Virus record (IMG/VR): IMGVR_UViG_3300002182_000372
Location: 1-32,191 of that record
Length of the DNA: 32,191 nucleotides
Reading direction: 5' to 3' (one strand)
DNA from: a virus
Taxonomy: Duplodnaviria; Caudoviricetes
Shown here: positions 23,750 to 32,191 of the stretch, piece by piece
Layout of the letters: the number at the start of each line of letters is the position of its first letter
Numbering within the stretch: the first letter of the stretch is position 1
Notes under the pieces: model-generated
The model's input: only the letters and a program-made list of their open reading frames with translations
What the model was told of the DNA's origin: nothing
The model's database searches: none
Position numbers and translations under genes: made by a program

Positions 23750-25834
23750 ATGCGCAGATTTGTATCAATTGATTCGCTCGCCGGCCAGTTGGACATGGCA
23801 TCGGCGCCCGGCCTCGCATATCAGAATACAGTCCGATACCGCCTCAATTTCACCCTTGATAATTACGGGAATCTCATGAGGATGCCCGGCTGGAAAAGGT
23901 TGCTGCGCGATTCCGGCCATTTCAAAAACCAAGATTTGCATGACCAAATGCTGGATTTGATGGTGCACTATGAGGGCACCCCCTCAAAGCCAGAGGATGT
24001 TTTGACATGGCCCAATGCGGCCTGCGGCAGCGAATTGAAGCAGCGTAGAGCTGAGAAACAATTCATCACTGCTTTACACAGCGCCACGGATTTAAGCGGG
24101 GGCAGGCACTTGTTCGCGGCGACACAACAGGCCATCTACGAGTTAAACGAATACGCAGGCGAGTGGCGCATTTTGGGCGATGGCTTCGGCCCCAGTGGGG
24201 CGGACATGCAAACCCGCTTCGAGATTCGCAATATTGGTGATTGCGTGGTTTTCACAAACAACTTCGACAAAGTACTGAGCTACAAAATTGGCAAGCCACA
24301 TTATGGCTGTCAGATAACTGCCTTGGAGGAAATTGAGGATTTGTGGAAGATTTTGAAAGTTGAACGTGTTGCTGTTCTGGCCGCTTACAAGGGGTTGATG
24401 TTTTACATGAACGTTCACATGGACGGGCGCCGGTTTGCAAACCGCATTATTTGGTCAGACTACAACGTACCAATTTCAGTTGACCCGGCCAAACAAGACA
24501 GCATTGCCGGTTACATTGACTTGCCGGCGGGCGAAGACATTTACAGCGCAGTTGAAATGGCTGGGGGGCTGTTTGTGATTACAAACAGGGGGATTTATTC
24601 TCTCGGTCTTACCGGCCAATCCGAAAATCCGGTTGGAGTTGATAGCGTTTACTTGCACGCAAATGGCCACAAATGCCCCGCATACAAATACTTAATCGCA
24701 TCAACCGGCGAGCAAATCTATTACTTGGGGCGCGATGGCGTTTATGAGTATGCGCCGTGGTACAGGGAGCCGCAACTTGTCAAATGGCTGACTGTCGCCG
24801 CGAAAAAGATGGTTGAAGAAATGCAGCATAATTCATGCGCCATGCATACTGCCGGATTCAATGCCAATACCGGCGAGGTCTTTTTCAGTTACATCAAAAG
24901 CTACCGGACATATCCAACATGGTGCTTTGTATTCAAGCCGGCGCAAAGTTACGCCTATTACTGCGATTATGGTTTCACGGCATTCTGTAATCATTTGCCC
25001 GACCGCCGCATAACCGTGCAGGATTTTCTTTTGAGCAGAGCTATTTGTGACCCGGCCAATTTCAATTTCGTCAAGGAAGGCATCCCGACTTACCAAAGAA
25101 CAGCATCAACATCGCCGGCTTACATCATCAATAATGAAAAGATTGTTTTCGACGGGATGGAAATTGAGAATTACTTTTCGGCCAATGAAGCCTACCAGGA
25201 TTCATTGTGCGCATCATTCGGTGACGCAGATTTTGAAAGTCAATTTTGCGCCGATTGCAATACGGGGGCAATATTCATCGGCGCATCTGCGTATGATAAA
25301 ACCCTGAAGGAATTTGACCCCAAAATGCGCCGCGAATATCTGCTGGCTGAGAACGCGACACCACCCAGTACCAATGGCTTGGCCAGAGAAACAACGCAAG
25401 GCATTTATGAAAAAGGCGGATATAAATCAATTGTTACCATCGGGCCGATTGATTTTGGAGCGCCGATTGAAGACAAGTTGCTGACGGCTTATAGGCTGAA
25501 GGGGTGCCCCATACCAGACACTTATCCGCCGGTTGACGCGGCTTTGCGGATTGGCACTTCGCATGTTGCCCTTGACCCGAATCAGGAAAACTGCGGTGTA
25601 ACATGGCGGAACTGGATATTTGCGCCATTCCAATGCCCGCAGACGAGGACGGGCCAACAATATCAACAAGCGGGATTGGCTCCAGGTTACGACATCAGCC
25701 GAGGCCAATTGAACATCAAAGGGCAATTCATCTACATCCAATTAGCTTTGGGCGGCAAAAATAATGGCGAATACACCTATGCCTATGGCGGAAGCGGTTT
25801 TTTGACAGCCATCAACCTTGAGATTAAAGTATAA
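23750..25834 (+). CDS. Tail nozzle / DNA-stabilisation protein (P22 gp10 or T7 gp12-like, beta-propeller)
   Basis: 694 aa beta-rich; LMRMPGW near the N-terminus, NRIIWSD, IYYLGRDGVYEY; located just before the ejection-type genes. Confidence 0.7.
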   Translation: MRRFVSIDSLAGQLDMASAPGLAYQNTVRYRLNFTLDNYGNLMRMPGWKRLLRDSGHFKNQDLHDQMLDLMVHYEGTPSKPEDVLTWPNAACGSELKQRRAEKQFITALHSATDLSGGRHLFAATQQAIYELNEYAGEWRILGDGFGPSGADMQTRFEIRNIGDCVVFTNNFDKVLSYKIGKPHYGCQITALEEIEDLWKILKVERVAVLAAYKGLMFYMNVHMDGRRFANRIIWSDYNVPISVDPAKQDSIAGYIDLPAGEDIYSAVEMAGGLFVITNRGIYSLGLTGQSENPVGVDSVYLHANGHKCPAYKYLIASTGEQIYYLGRDGVYEYAPWYREPQLVKWLTVAAKKMVEEMQHNSCAMHTAGFNANTGEVFFSYIKSYRTYPTWCFVFKPAQSYAYYCDYGFTAFCNHLPDRRITVQDFLLSRAICDPANFNFVKEGIPTYQRTASTSPAYIINNEKIVFDGMEIENYFSANEAYQDSLCASFGDADFESQFCADCNTGAIFIGASAYDKTLKEFDPKMRREYLLAENATPPSTNGLARETTQGIYEKGGYKSIVTIGPIDFGAPIEDKLLTAYRLKGCPIPDTYPPVDAALRIGTSHVALDPNQENCGVTWRNWIFAPFQCPQTRTGQQYQQAGLAPGYDISRGQLNIKGQFIYIQLALGGKNNGEYTYAYGGSGFLTAINLEIKV

Positions 25835-25835
25835 T

Positions 25836-26036
25836 ATGGCTGACAAAACCATCATAGGCCCCCTGCGGCCAATTGAAGCAATAGGGCGCGGACGAGAATG
25901 GAAAGAAGACGAAATACCAGCGCCGCCTGAATTACCGGATGATGTGCTCAAACGCTTCCCAAGCTTGACAAAATGGCAGGAAGATTTCAAGAATTATATG
26001 AAGAGAACGTTAAGCCAAATCACTGGCGGGAGATAA
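25836..26036 (+). CDS. Small hypothetical protein
   Basis: ATG 25836 is 1 nt after the nozzle stop; 66 aa; tightly packed with its neighbours. Confidence 0.6.
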   Translation: MADKTIIGPLRPIEAIGRGREWKEDEIPAPPELPDDVLKRFPSLTKWQEDFKNYMKRTLSQITGGR

Positions 26037-26039
26037 TTT

Positions 26040-27548
26040 ATGCCTAACTCATGGAATACATCTGAGTACGATTTCTGGCAATGGTTGGGAAGAGCCAACC
26101 CATACAAGAATCCAGCCACCAAATTATTTGATGAATGGGGTGACTTAGGGCGCGGTGTCAATTGGGCGAATGAACAAATCGCACGCCGCAATAACCCGTT
26201 CAACTTCAATTTCCTTACTGGCCAGCCAAATCAGCCATCTGGCAATGCAGGCGGCGGTGCCGGTGGCGGTTTTGGGGAATGGGGTGCCCCCGGCATCACA
26301 ACCATTCGGCGCACCAAAAACCCGGCCATTGACGCCGCGTTGGCAGGCGGACTGCGTTCCTTGAATCAAATCCGCGCTGGAGACGAAGGCGCCATTTCGC
26401 GGTACTTGAAGGCTTTGGGATTGGGGCAGGGCGACAAGGATACTGCACAAGAAACAGACTGGATGGGCAGGGTTTACTCCGGCCAGTTAGCCAATGAATT
26501 GGCGGCACCGTTGAACGCTTATCAGGGGCAAATGGAAGGTTTGATAAGCGGGCTGAGCGGCAACCTAGCCGGCCTCCGCAACCAGTATGGCCAGACAATG
26601 AATCAAAACCTTGCCAATTTGACCCAGCAACTTGCTGATAGCCGTGAACGATACGGCAGTGAAATGCGCGGGTTGATTGGCAAAGAATCATCAGGTTTGG
26701 CGGATTTGCTCAAGGAATATGGTCAATCCGCCCGTGCTGCCACTGATTTGGCTGAGGCGAAAGCAATGGCTGGCCTAAAGGCGATGGCCGCAAGTCAGGG
26801 CATGGGGGGCGGTTCATTGACGGATAGGTTGGCCTTGAAAGCCCAACAGGAAGCCGAAACTGCGCTTGCAAAAGAATTGGCCGGCAAAAAGGAAGCCAAT
26901 TTCTTGCGCACAGCAGATTTGACAAAGGCCTTGACCGATAAACTTTTTGGGGTTGAAAGAGAAGATATTGGTTCGCTGGCAAATAAACGCTTTGGTATTG
27001 ATGAGGCTCTGGCCAACCTCACTCGCGGCGATGTTATGAGTGAGTTTGGGCAACGAGCGGGCCTGGCCAGCCAACTGATGGGGGCGCGGCGTGGGGATAT
27101 AGCGAGTATTCAGGAAATGGGCAACCAACTGGCAGGCCGCCGGCAGGCATTGAGAACTGGGCAAGCAGCCAATTACTTGCTTGAACCGCAAATGCGCAGG
27201 ATGCTCTTGGGCGATTACCTGAGCAAGTTGGGCGGCATATCAAATATTGACCTCGCCAATGCGTTCTACGGTGTAACAGACAACGGCCCCAATTACCCGA
27301 CGCCGCGTCAGTCTAATCCATTCGCATTTCTGGGGGCATTACCGCCGTCGCCGATTTATAATTATCAACCCATCAATTATCCTGATTTGACCGATTACCT
27401 GACAGCCACCAATCCGGGAGTCAAGACGGCGAAAAAGAAGGGGAACATTGATTTCGCAAGGTTATACAATGCATACGCTGGCGCCATGAATCCGATTCTG
27501 GGCGCGTTATTCGGCTTATCACCAACAAATGAAGAAGAGGAGTATTAA
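26040..27548 (+). CDS. Internal virion / DNA ejection protein with 22-aa helical repeats
   Basis: G/A/Q/L-rich, no Cys, two blocks of 22-aa repeats, positioned after the nozzle. Confidence 0.65.
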   Translation: MPNSWNTSEYDFWQWLGRANPYKNPATKLFDEWGDLGRGVNWANEQIARRNNPFNFNFLTGQPNQPSGNAGGGAGGGFGEWGAPGITTIRRTKNPAIDAALAGGLRSLNQIRAGDEGAISRYLKALGLGQGDKDTAQETDWMGRVYSGQLANELAAPLNAYQGQMEGLISGLSGNLAGLRNQYGQTMNQNLANLTQQLADSRERYGSEMRGLIGKESSGLADLLKEYGQSARAATDLAEAKAMAGLKAMAASQGMGGGSLTDRLALKAQQEAETALAKELAGKKEANFLRTADLTKALTDKLFGVEREDIGSLANKRFGIDEALANLTRGDVMSEFGQRAGLASQLMGARRGDIASIQEMGNQLAGRRQALRTGQAANYLLEPQMRRMLLGDYLSKLGGISNIDLANAFYGVTDNGPNYPTPRQSNPFAFLGALPPSPIYNYQPINYPDLTDYLTATNPGVKTAKKKGNIDFARLYNAYAGAMNPILGALFGLSPTNEEEEY

Positions 27549-27554
27549 CGGGTT

Positions 27555-28961
27555 ATGGCATTTGGTTCATCATTAGATTCGCTGCAGGCTTCAATCCTGA
27601 ACATTGCGCGAGCGCAGCAAGAGCAGGAAGCGCAGGATTATTACCGCGCTCTTAGCGCCGCTATGCAGCTTCGCCAAATACCAGCGGCTGAATCGCTTCA
27701 GGCAGCGCAATTGGCGCGGCAACAGGATTGGGACGCCATTCAGGCCCAGGAACGGGCGGCGCAATTGGCTGAAGTGAAACGACGCAATGACATCGCGGCG
27801 CAACAGGCGGCAGCGGCTGCTCAATATCGGGATGAATACCTGAAGATGCTGCAAAACAAACAAGAAAACCAGCCAATCCCATTGGCCGAAATAAACAAGG
27901 CCGATACTTTGGCATCTACGGGCGAATATACATTGGAACAATTGTTAAGCATGTTCCCGTGGGCTACTGAAGCGCATAAATCTCGCTGGAATGAGCTTAT
28001 CAACACAGCCAGAAAAAAGAAGGCTCAAGAATATCAAAATGCAGCTTCTGCTGCCGAGGTGCTCAATGCCTTCAATGAATTGGGCAATCTGAAGAATACA
28101 ATTGAGAAAGCCGCGGTTGAAAAAGACAAATTTGCCCTTGACCCCAATGCTTGGAAAAACTTGGAAAAGAGCCTATTGCAGCACAAACTTATCAGTGGGC
28201 CGGCTTATAATGTGAAGTACAGTGACAGTGGATTTTCATTCGACCATTCAACACCAAGGTATGAGCCGGCATTTGACCCCGCGCAGTTGCTTGACAAAAT
28301 CAACCAAGAACTGGCCAAGCTTCAGCCGATGGTTGATACTCTCAAGAAATCCCCCAAGATACCAATTATACCAACTCCCCAAGGATATATGCCCGCCATT
28401 CCCAATCCATTGGCGGCAGCTTTTGAAAAACAGCCAGCGCCAAAGCAGGCGTCGGCACCACGGCAGATAACATTGCCTCAACCGATTGCCGACCTTCCAC
28501 TTAAATACCGGCAGGCACTATTAGCGACCGCCAAAACCAATGCGCTTGAGGCATTGATGCAACCAGAGCTGGCTGACCCGATTTCAAAGCTCCCACTTGA
28601 ATATCAAAAGGCGCTATTGGCGCCTGTTCTGACCAATGCGCCGGCGGCTTTACCGCCAGGGAACTTTATACTAGCCGAGTACCAGCAAGCATTGCTGGAT
28701 GCTGCCAAGACCAATGCACTTGCGGCACTAGCCGTAAAACAATTGGAAGCCCAACAGGTTTCACAACAGCCTAGAAAACCGCAGCAATTCATAAGGGACA
28801 CAACCGAACCGACTCCAGCCCAGCAGGCTGTCGTGCCGCCGATGCGTCTTAGTGGCGAAATTTATACTGGCAATTTGGTAGATGGCAAAAACTACAACAT
28901 TGCAGGTATCATTTATCAGTGGGATGCGAAGACGCACAAATTCCGCAAAGTAAAACCTTAA
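27555..28961 (+). CDS. Internal virion / DNA ejection protein
   Basis: Q/A-rich coiled-coil N-terminus, no Cys, three internal repeats, short terminal beta domain. Confidence 0.6.
   Translation: MAFGSSLDSLQASILNIARAQQEQEAQDYYRALSAAMQLRQIPAAESLQAAQLARQQDWDAIQAQERAAQLAEVKRRNDIAAQQAAAAAQYRDEYLKMLQNKQENQPIPLAEINKADTLASTGEYTLEQLLSMFPWATEAHKSRWNELINTARKKKAQEYQNAASAAEVLNAFNELGNLKNTIEKAAVEKDKFALDPNAWKNLEKSLLQHKLISGPAYNVKYSDSGFSFDHSTPRYEPAFDPAQLLDKINQELAKLQPMVDTLKKSPKIPIIPTPQGYMPAIPNPLAAAFEKQPAPKQASAPRQITLPQPIADLPLKYRQALLATAKTNALEALMQPELADPISKLPLEYQKALLAPVLTNAPAALPPGNFILAEYQQALLDAAKTNALAALAVKQLEAQQVSQQPRKPQQFIRDTTEPTPAQQAVVPPMRLSGEIYTGNLVDGKNYNIAGIIYQWDAKTHKFRKVKP
28482..28735 (+). repeat. Three degenerate coding repeats (YxxALL...TNA..AL)
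   Basis: PIADLPLKYRQALLATAKTNALEAL / PISKLPLEYQKALLAPVLTNAPAAL / FILAEYQQALLDAAKTNALAAL. Confidence 0.8.
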
Positions 28962-28976
28962 TTGAAATCAGGGCGT

Positions 28977-31900
28977 ATGGCAGACTTCTACATTTCTGAT
29001 GATGAAGACCAGCAAGGTGTGCAGCAAGATGTAACGCCTCAGGCTGAACCCAAGACTGATTTGGACAACCTGTACAAGCAGATTATTCAAAAAGATGAAA
29101 TCAGCCCTGAGGAAGCCGCGTTCATTGAGGCGAAAAAGTTCCCTGATGGCAGGCCTAGGGAGGCTATTCTGACTGCCGCGCCGGAGAAGCCGTTGTATAA
29201 AAAAATCCTTGAATTTCCGCAAAGAGTCGCGCCGGGACTTTTCGGCAGACCGGAAGGAGAATGGATAGGGGACCCCGATGATGAGGAAAACTACCGGAAA
29301 TTGAATGAGGGAGCGATAGCCGCATTATCTCATGGGCTTATTAACAGGCTTGTTCCAGATGTAAAAGCAGAGCAGGTTCAGAAATTTGCTGATAGATTGG
29401 CAAATGCGGTGCAAGGTAAATTTGGGGAGCCGCAACCACGCAAGAAACCAAGTGATGCGGCAGGCTATACGGCTGGTGCAATCAATCTTATCAAAAATCT
29501 GCTCGATATTTTTACAAGCCCAGCGGGTTTTGTTGGTGGTTTGGGCGGTATTACGCGGCAGGCGCCAAGAGTAATCGCTGGGTTATTTGCGCATTCACTT
29601 TTGAAAGACCTACCAGAATCCGCCCAAGCGGCTGGTTACGCATCAGTTTCTGGAACGCCACAAGAGAAAGTGGAACGGCTGGGCGGATTGGCGGCTAACT
29701 TGCTTTTTGCGGGGACGTCTGCTTTTCATACTGCTGCCCCTAAAAAACCGGGGCAGGCTGGAGGGGCAAAGTCGTGGATGGAGCAGATATTGCCGGGGAT
29801 GACGGATGAAGAATTTAAAGCTTATGATGTAATGCGTGACCGAGCAAGAGAATATGCGCTTGCTAAATGGCGGCTTGAGAATGGCAAAGCAGAACCCGGT
29901 GATTTCGGAATCGTTTCTGATTTTGAGAATGCTGCCGAATTTAAAGATTTTGAAAAACCGCTCAATAAGGCATTTTTTACATTTTCAAACTTGCCGCCCA
30001 AAGTTGTTGGGGCAATGCCACCAGAAATGTTTCGTTTGTGGCGTTGGGTAACTTATAAAGCTTTTTCCAATGCAGGAAGTCCAGGATTCAAAAAAATATA
30101 TGCATCTCGCCTTCATGCAGGTTTGCTTGAGCAAGGCGACACCAAAACCGCTGGATTGCTTGAAAATGAACTTCGACAAAGTGAATCCCCGGAATTGAGG
30201 GAGCACGCAAAACAGTTAACGAAGGCGAGATATGATTATTATGAAAAACAAAAACAGGCGCGTCAGGATATAGAGGCTAGCCTCAGGGAGAGAGGCGTAA
30301 CTTCTCCAGGAATGCCTCAGCCAGAACGGCCACGAATTAGAATTGTGGCTGAAGGAGCCGGCGAACCTAAAACTGAGCCATCCCAAGGGCCAATTGATAC
30401 TTCGTTGAAAGCTGGGGAACAAAAGCCCACCGAGCCTGCTCAAAAGCCTGCCATCCCGCCTGAAGAACAACCGCCGCCACCGCCAGCTCAAACAGTTTTT
30501 GGGAAGATGGGGGCGTTAGAATTATTTGATGAGTACAAGAAGGTGCTCAGTCAAAACGATTTCGCATTGGCGGAAGAGGCTGAAGCCCGAATGAGAGAAA
30601 TAGCGGAGCAAAGCCCAGACGCAGAGGAGCGCCAGCTTGCCCAGAAAATGTTGGAACCAATGAGGCAAATGCGCGAGGCGCAGGAAACGCTTTACCGGGT
30701 TCAAAAACAACAAGCCGCCACAAGGCCGGCGCAGGAGAATAGGCCTGCTGAACAGGCACAACCCGTTGAACAGGCGCCCGCTGTTGAACAAAGACCGCAA
30801 GCGCCGCCGCCGCCCGATTATAACAACATGGGCGTTCTGGAATTATTCGATGAACACAGAAAAGCTACAAATGCGGGGAATTTCCAATTAGCAAATGAAC
30901 TTGAAGAGCGGATGAGGAGAAGGGTAGAAGAAGCTCCAGACGAAACGGCCCGCGAAAATGCCCAAAGGCTATTGAATCACATGATACAATTGCGTCAGGG
31001 GCATGAAGAGCTGGCGAAATTAAAAGGAAATCTCGCTCAACAAAGACAGCCAGCGACTGAGGCGCAGAAGCCAGCACCTGAAGCGCAGCCGGCAGGACAA
31101 CAACAGCAAGAACAACGGCCATCCCATGACTTATGGAGTTTCCTGCCTGAAGAACCAGAAATTGTTGATGCTGCTTATGTGGCTTCTTTGGAATATCTCT
31201 ATGATAGAGCCATCGAACAAGGCGACCATTTACTCGCCGATGAGATTGAACGGCGCCTCGATGATTCATTGATTAGAATTCGTGATAAAGAGGTCATGGG
31301 GGTTGCCGTTGACCAGTTGAGAAGAATGCGAAAGGCGCGTGCGGCAAGGCAGCAAGAAGCTGAAAAAGGGCTGCAAGAAAAGCAGCAAGAAGCCGAAAAA
31401 AACAAAAAGCGTGAGACATTAAGAAACCTTTTGAATAACGAAACAAAGGTAGATGAGTCTTTTATTCTAACTCTCTCTATCCTTCATGATGAGGCGCTTA
31501 AAGACGGCCTTTTCGATGTTGCCAAGGAAATTGAGGAGCGGATGGCACAGGCGCGTGGGCAAGTTGAAGGCAACGATAACCTGCAATCGCTGATAGATGC
31601 ACACTTACAGGAGCTAATAAAAAAGCGTGAAAGTAAACAAAATCAGGCGCAACAGCCATTAACAACGAATATACAAACTGGCGCTGAACCGGCAGCGAAT
31701 GCCCCAGCCACTCCCGAAAAACCGTTGCCGACAAATTTGGCCACGGGTGCCAAGCCAGAAGAGCAGAAAAGCCCACCGGCATCGGTTATGGCACCTGAAA
31801 CGCCAGCAACCAAACCGCCCGAACAAACCGCCGCGCCAAAAGCTGGGCCGCCGAAACCGCCGGAACCGTTGGCGCCAGCAGCAGAAAAACCAGTCAAACC

Positions 31901-32191
31901 GCGTCCCCCGGCCCCGACTACTGGCGTGACGCCATTGCCAACACCAATAACAACCAGCGAACAAAAAAAGGAAAAGCCGGAGAGCGAGAAACCCGCACCA
32001 GTTTTGCCAACAAACTTGGGAGCGGGCCAAAAATCTGAAGAGAAAAAAGTTGCCCCTGAAAAACAAGCGCCGACGGCAGTTTCGGCACCAAAGCCGGTCA
32101 AGATAAGAGCCACGCTTTGGGCTGACGGCTCAGTCGAGACACAAGATGAAGAGGTCACGGGCTTTAAATTTGCAAGAGATGAAAACAATAG
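28977..32191 (+). CDS. Large internal virion / ejection or polyvalent-type protein, 3'-truncated (over 1070 aa; absent from the ORF track)
   Basis: Manual reading from ATG 28977 (MADFYISDDEDQQG...) found no stop up to the window end (...GFKFARDENN). Contains Gly/Ala-rich hydrophobic helices, helical repeats and P/E/K-rich linkers. Confidence 0.8.
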   Translation, partial: MADFYISDDEDQQGVQQDVTPQAEPKTDLDNLYKQIIQKDEISPEEAAFIEAKKFPDGRPREAILTAAPEKPLYKKILEFPQRVAPGLFGRPEGEWIGDPDDEENYRKLNEGAIAALSHGLINRLVPDVKAEQVQKFADRLANAVQGKFGEPQPRKKPSDAAGYTAGAINLIKNLLDIFTSPAGFVGGLGGITRQAPRVIAGLFAHSLLKDLPESAQAAGYASVSGTPQEKVERLGGLAANLLFAGTSAFHTAAPKKPGQAGGAKSWMEQILPGMTDEEFKAYDVMRDRAREYALAKWRLENGKAEPGDFGIVSDFENAAEFKDFEKPLNKAFFTFSNLPPKVVGAMPPEMFRLWRWVTYKAFSNAGSPGFKKIYASRLHAGLLEQGDTKTAGLLENELRQSESPELREHAKQLTKARYDYYEKQKQARQDIEASLRERGVTSPGMPQPERPRIRIVAEGAGEPKTEPSQGPIDTSLKAGEQKPTEPAQKPAIPPEEQPPPPPAQTVFGKMGALELFDEYKKVLSQNDFALAEEAEARMREIAEQSPDAEERQLAQKMLEPMRQMREAQETLYRVQKQQAATRPAQENRPAEQAQPVEQAPAVEQRPQAPPPPDYNNMGVLELFDEHRKATNAGNFQLANELEERMRRRVEEAPDETARENAQRLLNHMIQLRQGHEELAKLKGNLAQQRQPATEAQKPAPEAQPAGQQQQEQRPSHDLWSFLPEEPEIVDAAYVASLEYLYDRAIEQGDHLLADEIERRLDDSLIRIRDKEVMGVAVDQLRRMRKARAARQQEAEKGLQEKQQEAEKNKKRETLRNLLNNETKVDESFILTLSILHDEALKDGLFDVAKEIEERMAQARGQVEGNDNLQSLIDAHLQELIKKRESKQNQAQQPLTTNIQTGAEPAANAPATPEKPLPTNLATGAKPEEQKSPPASVMAPETPATKPPEQTAAPKAGPPKPPEPLAPAAEKPVKPRPPAPTTGVTPLPTPITTSEQKKEKPESEKPAPVLPTNLGAGQKSEEKKVAPEKQAPTAVSAPKPVKIRATLWADGSVETQDEEVTGFKFARDENN

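Noticed and set aside
26040-32191. Tape measure protein
   Set aside because: No tail tube, sheath or baseplate genes are seen, and the position after a nozzle-like gene fits ejection proteins better.
1-32191. tRNA, rRNA, integrase/att sites, IS elements or alternative genetic code
   Set aside because: None recognised; long genes read through cleanly in the standard code and all three stop codons are used as gene ends.

Overview
The window is the lysis, DNA-packaging and virion-morphogenesis region of a tailed dsDNA phage or prophage. It is probably podovirus-like: there is a nozzle-type gene and ejection-type genes, and no tape measure, sheath or tube gene. Order: truncated Cys-rich ORF, possible small terminase, a holin/spanin-like lysis cassette with no endolysin in view, then a large terminase and a small basic gene on the minus strand. 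One long plus-strand block follows: capsid staple-like protein, portal, Bbp19-like protein, scaffold, major capsid, decoration-like protein, adaptor-metallophosphoesterase fusion, fibre/lectin-like proteins, Ig-VWA adhesin, three-domain glycosyltransferase, three paralogues sharing an N-terminal module, nozzle, and three ejection-type proteins, the last running off the window. The strongest unexpected signals are: (1) a hidden -1 reading frame after an A9 run, encoding a DnaJ-type CxxCxGxG zinc finger; (2) several morphogenesis-region proteins with Sec or lipoprotein signal peptides and Thr-Asn bias, next to a triple glycosyltransferase; (3) a shared anchor-like module present as an anchor-only gene and on two diverged adhesins; (4) an inverted terminase sharing overlapping divergent promoters with the head operon. 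All product calls come from motif recognition by eye and gene order; no database searches were run. A diderm host is inferred from the spanin-like pair; a Verrucomicrobiota-like host is only a guess.
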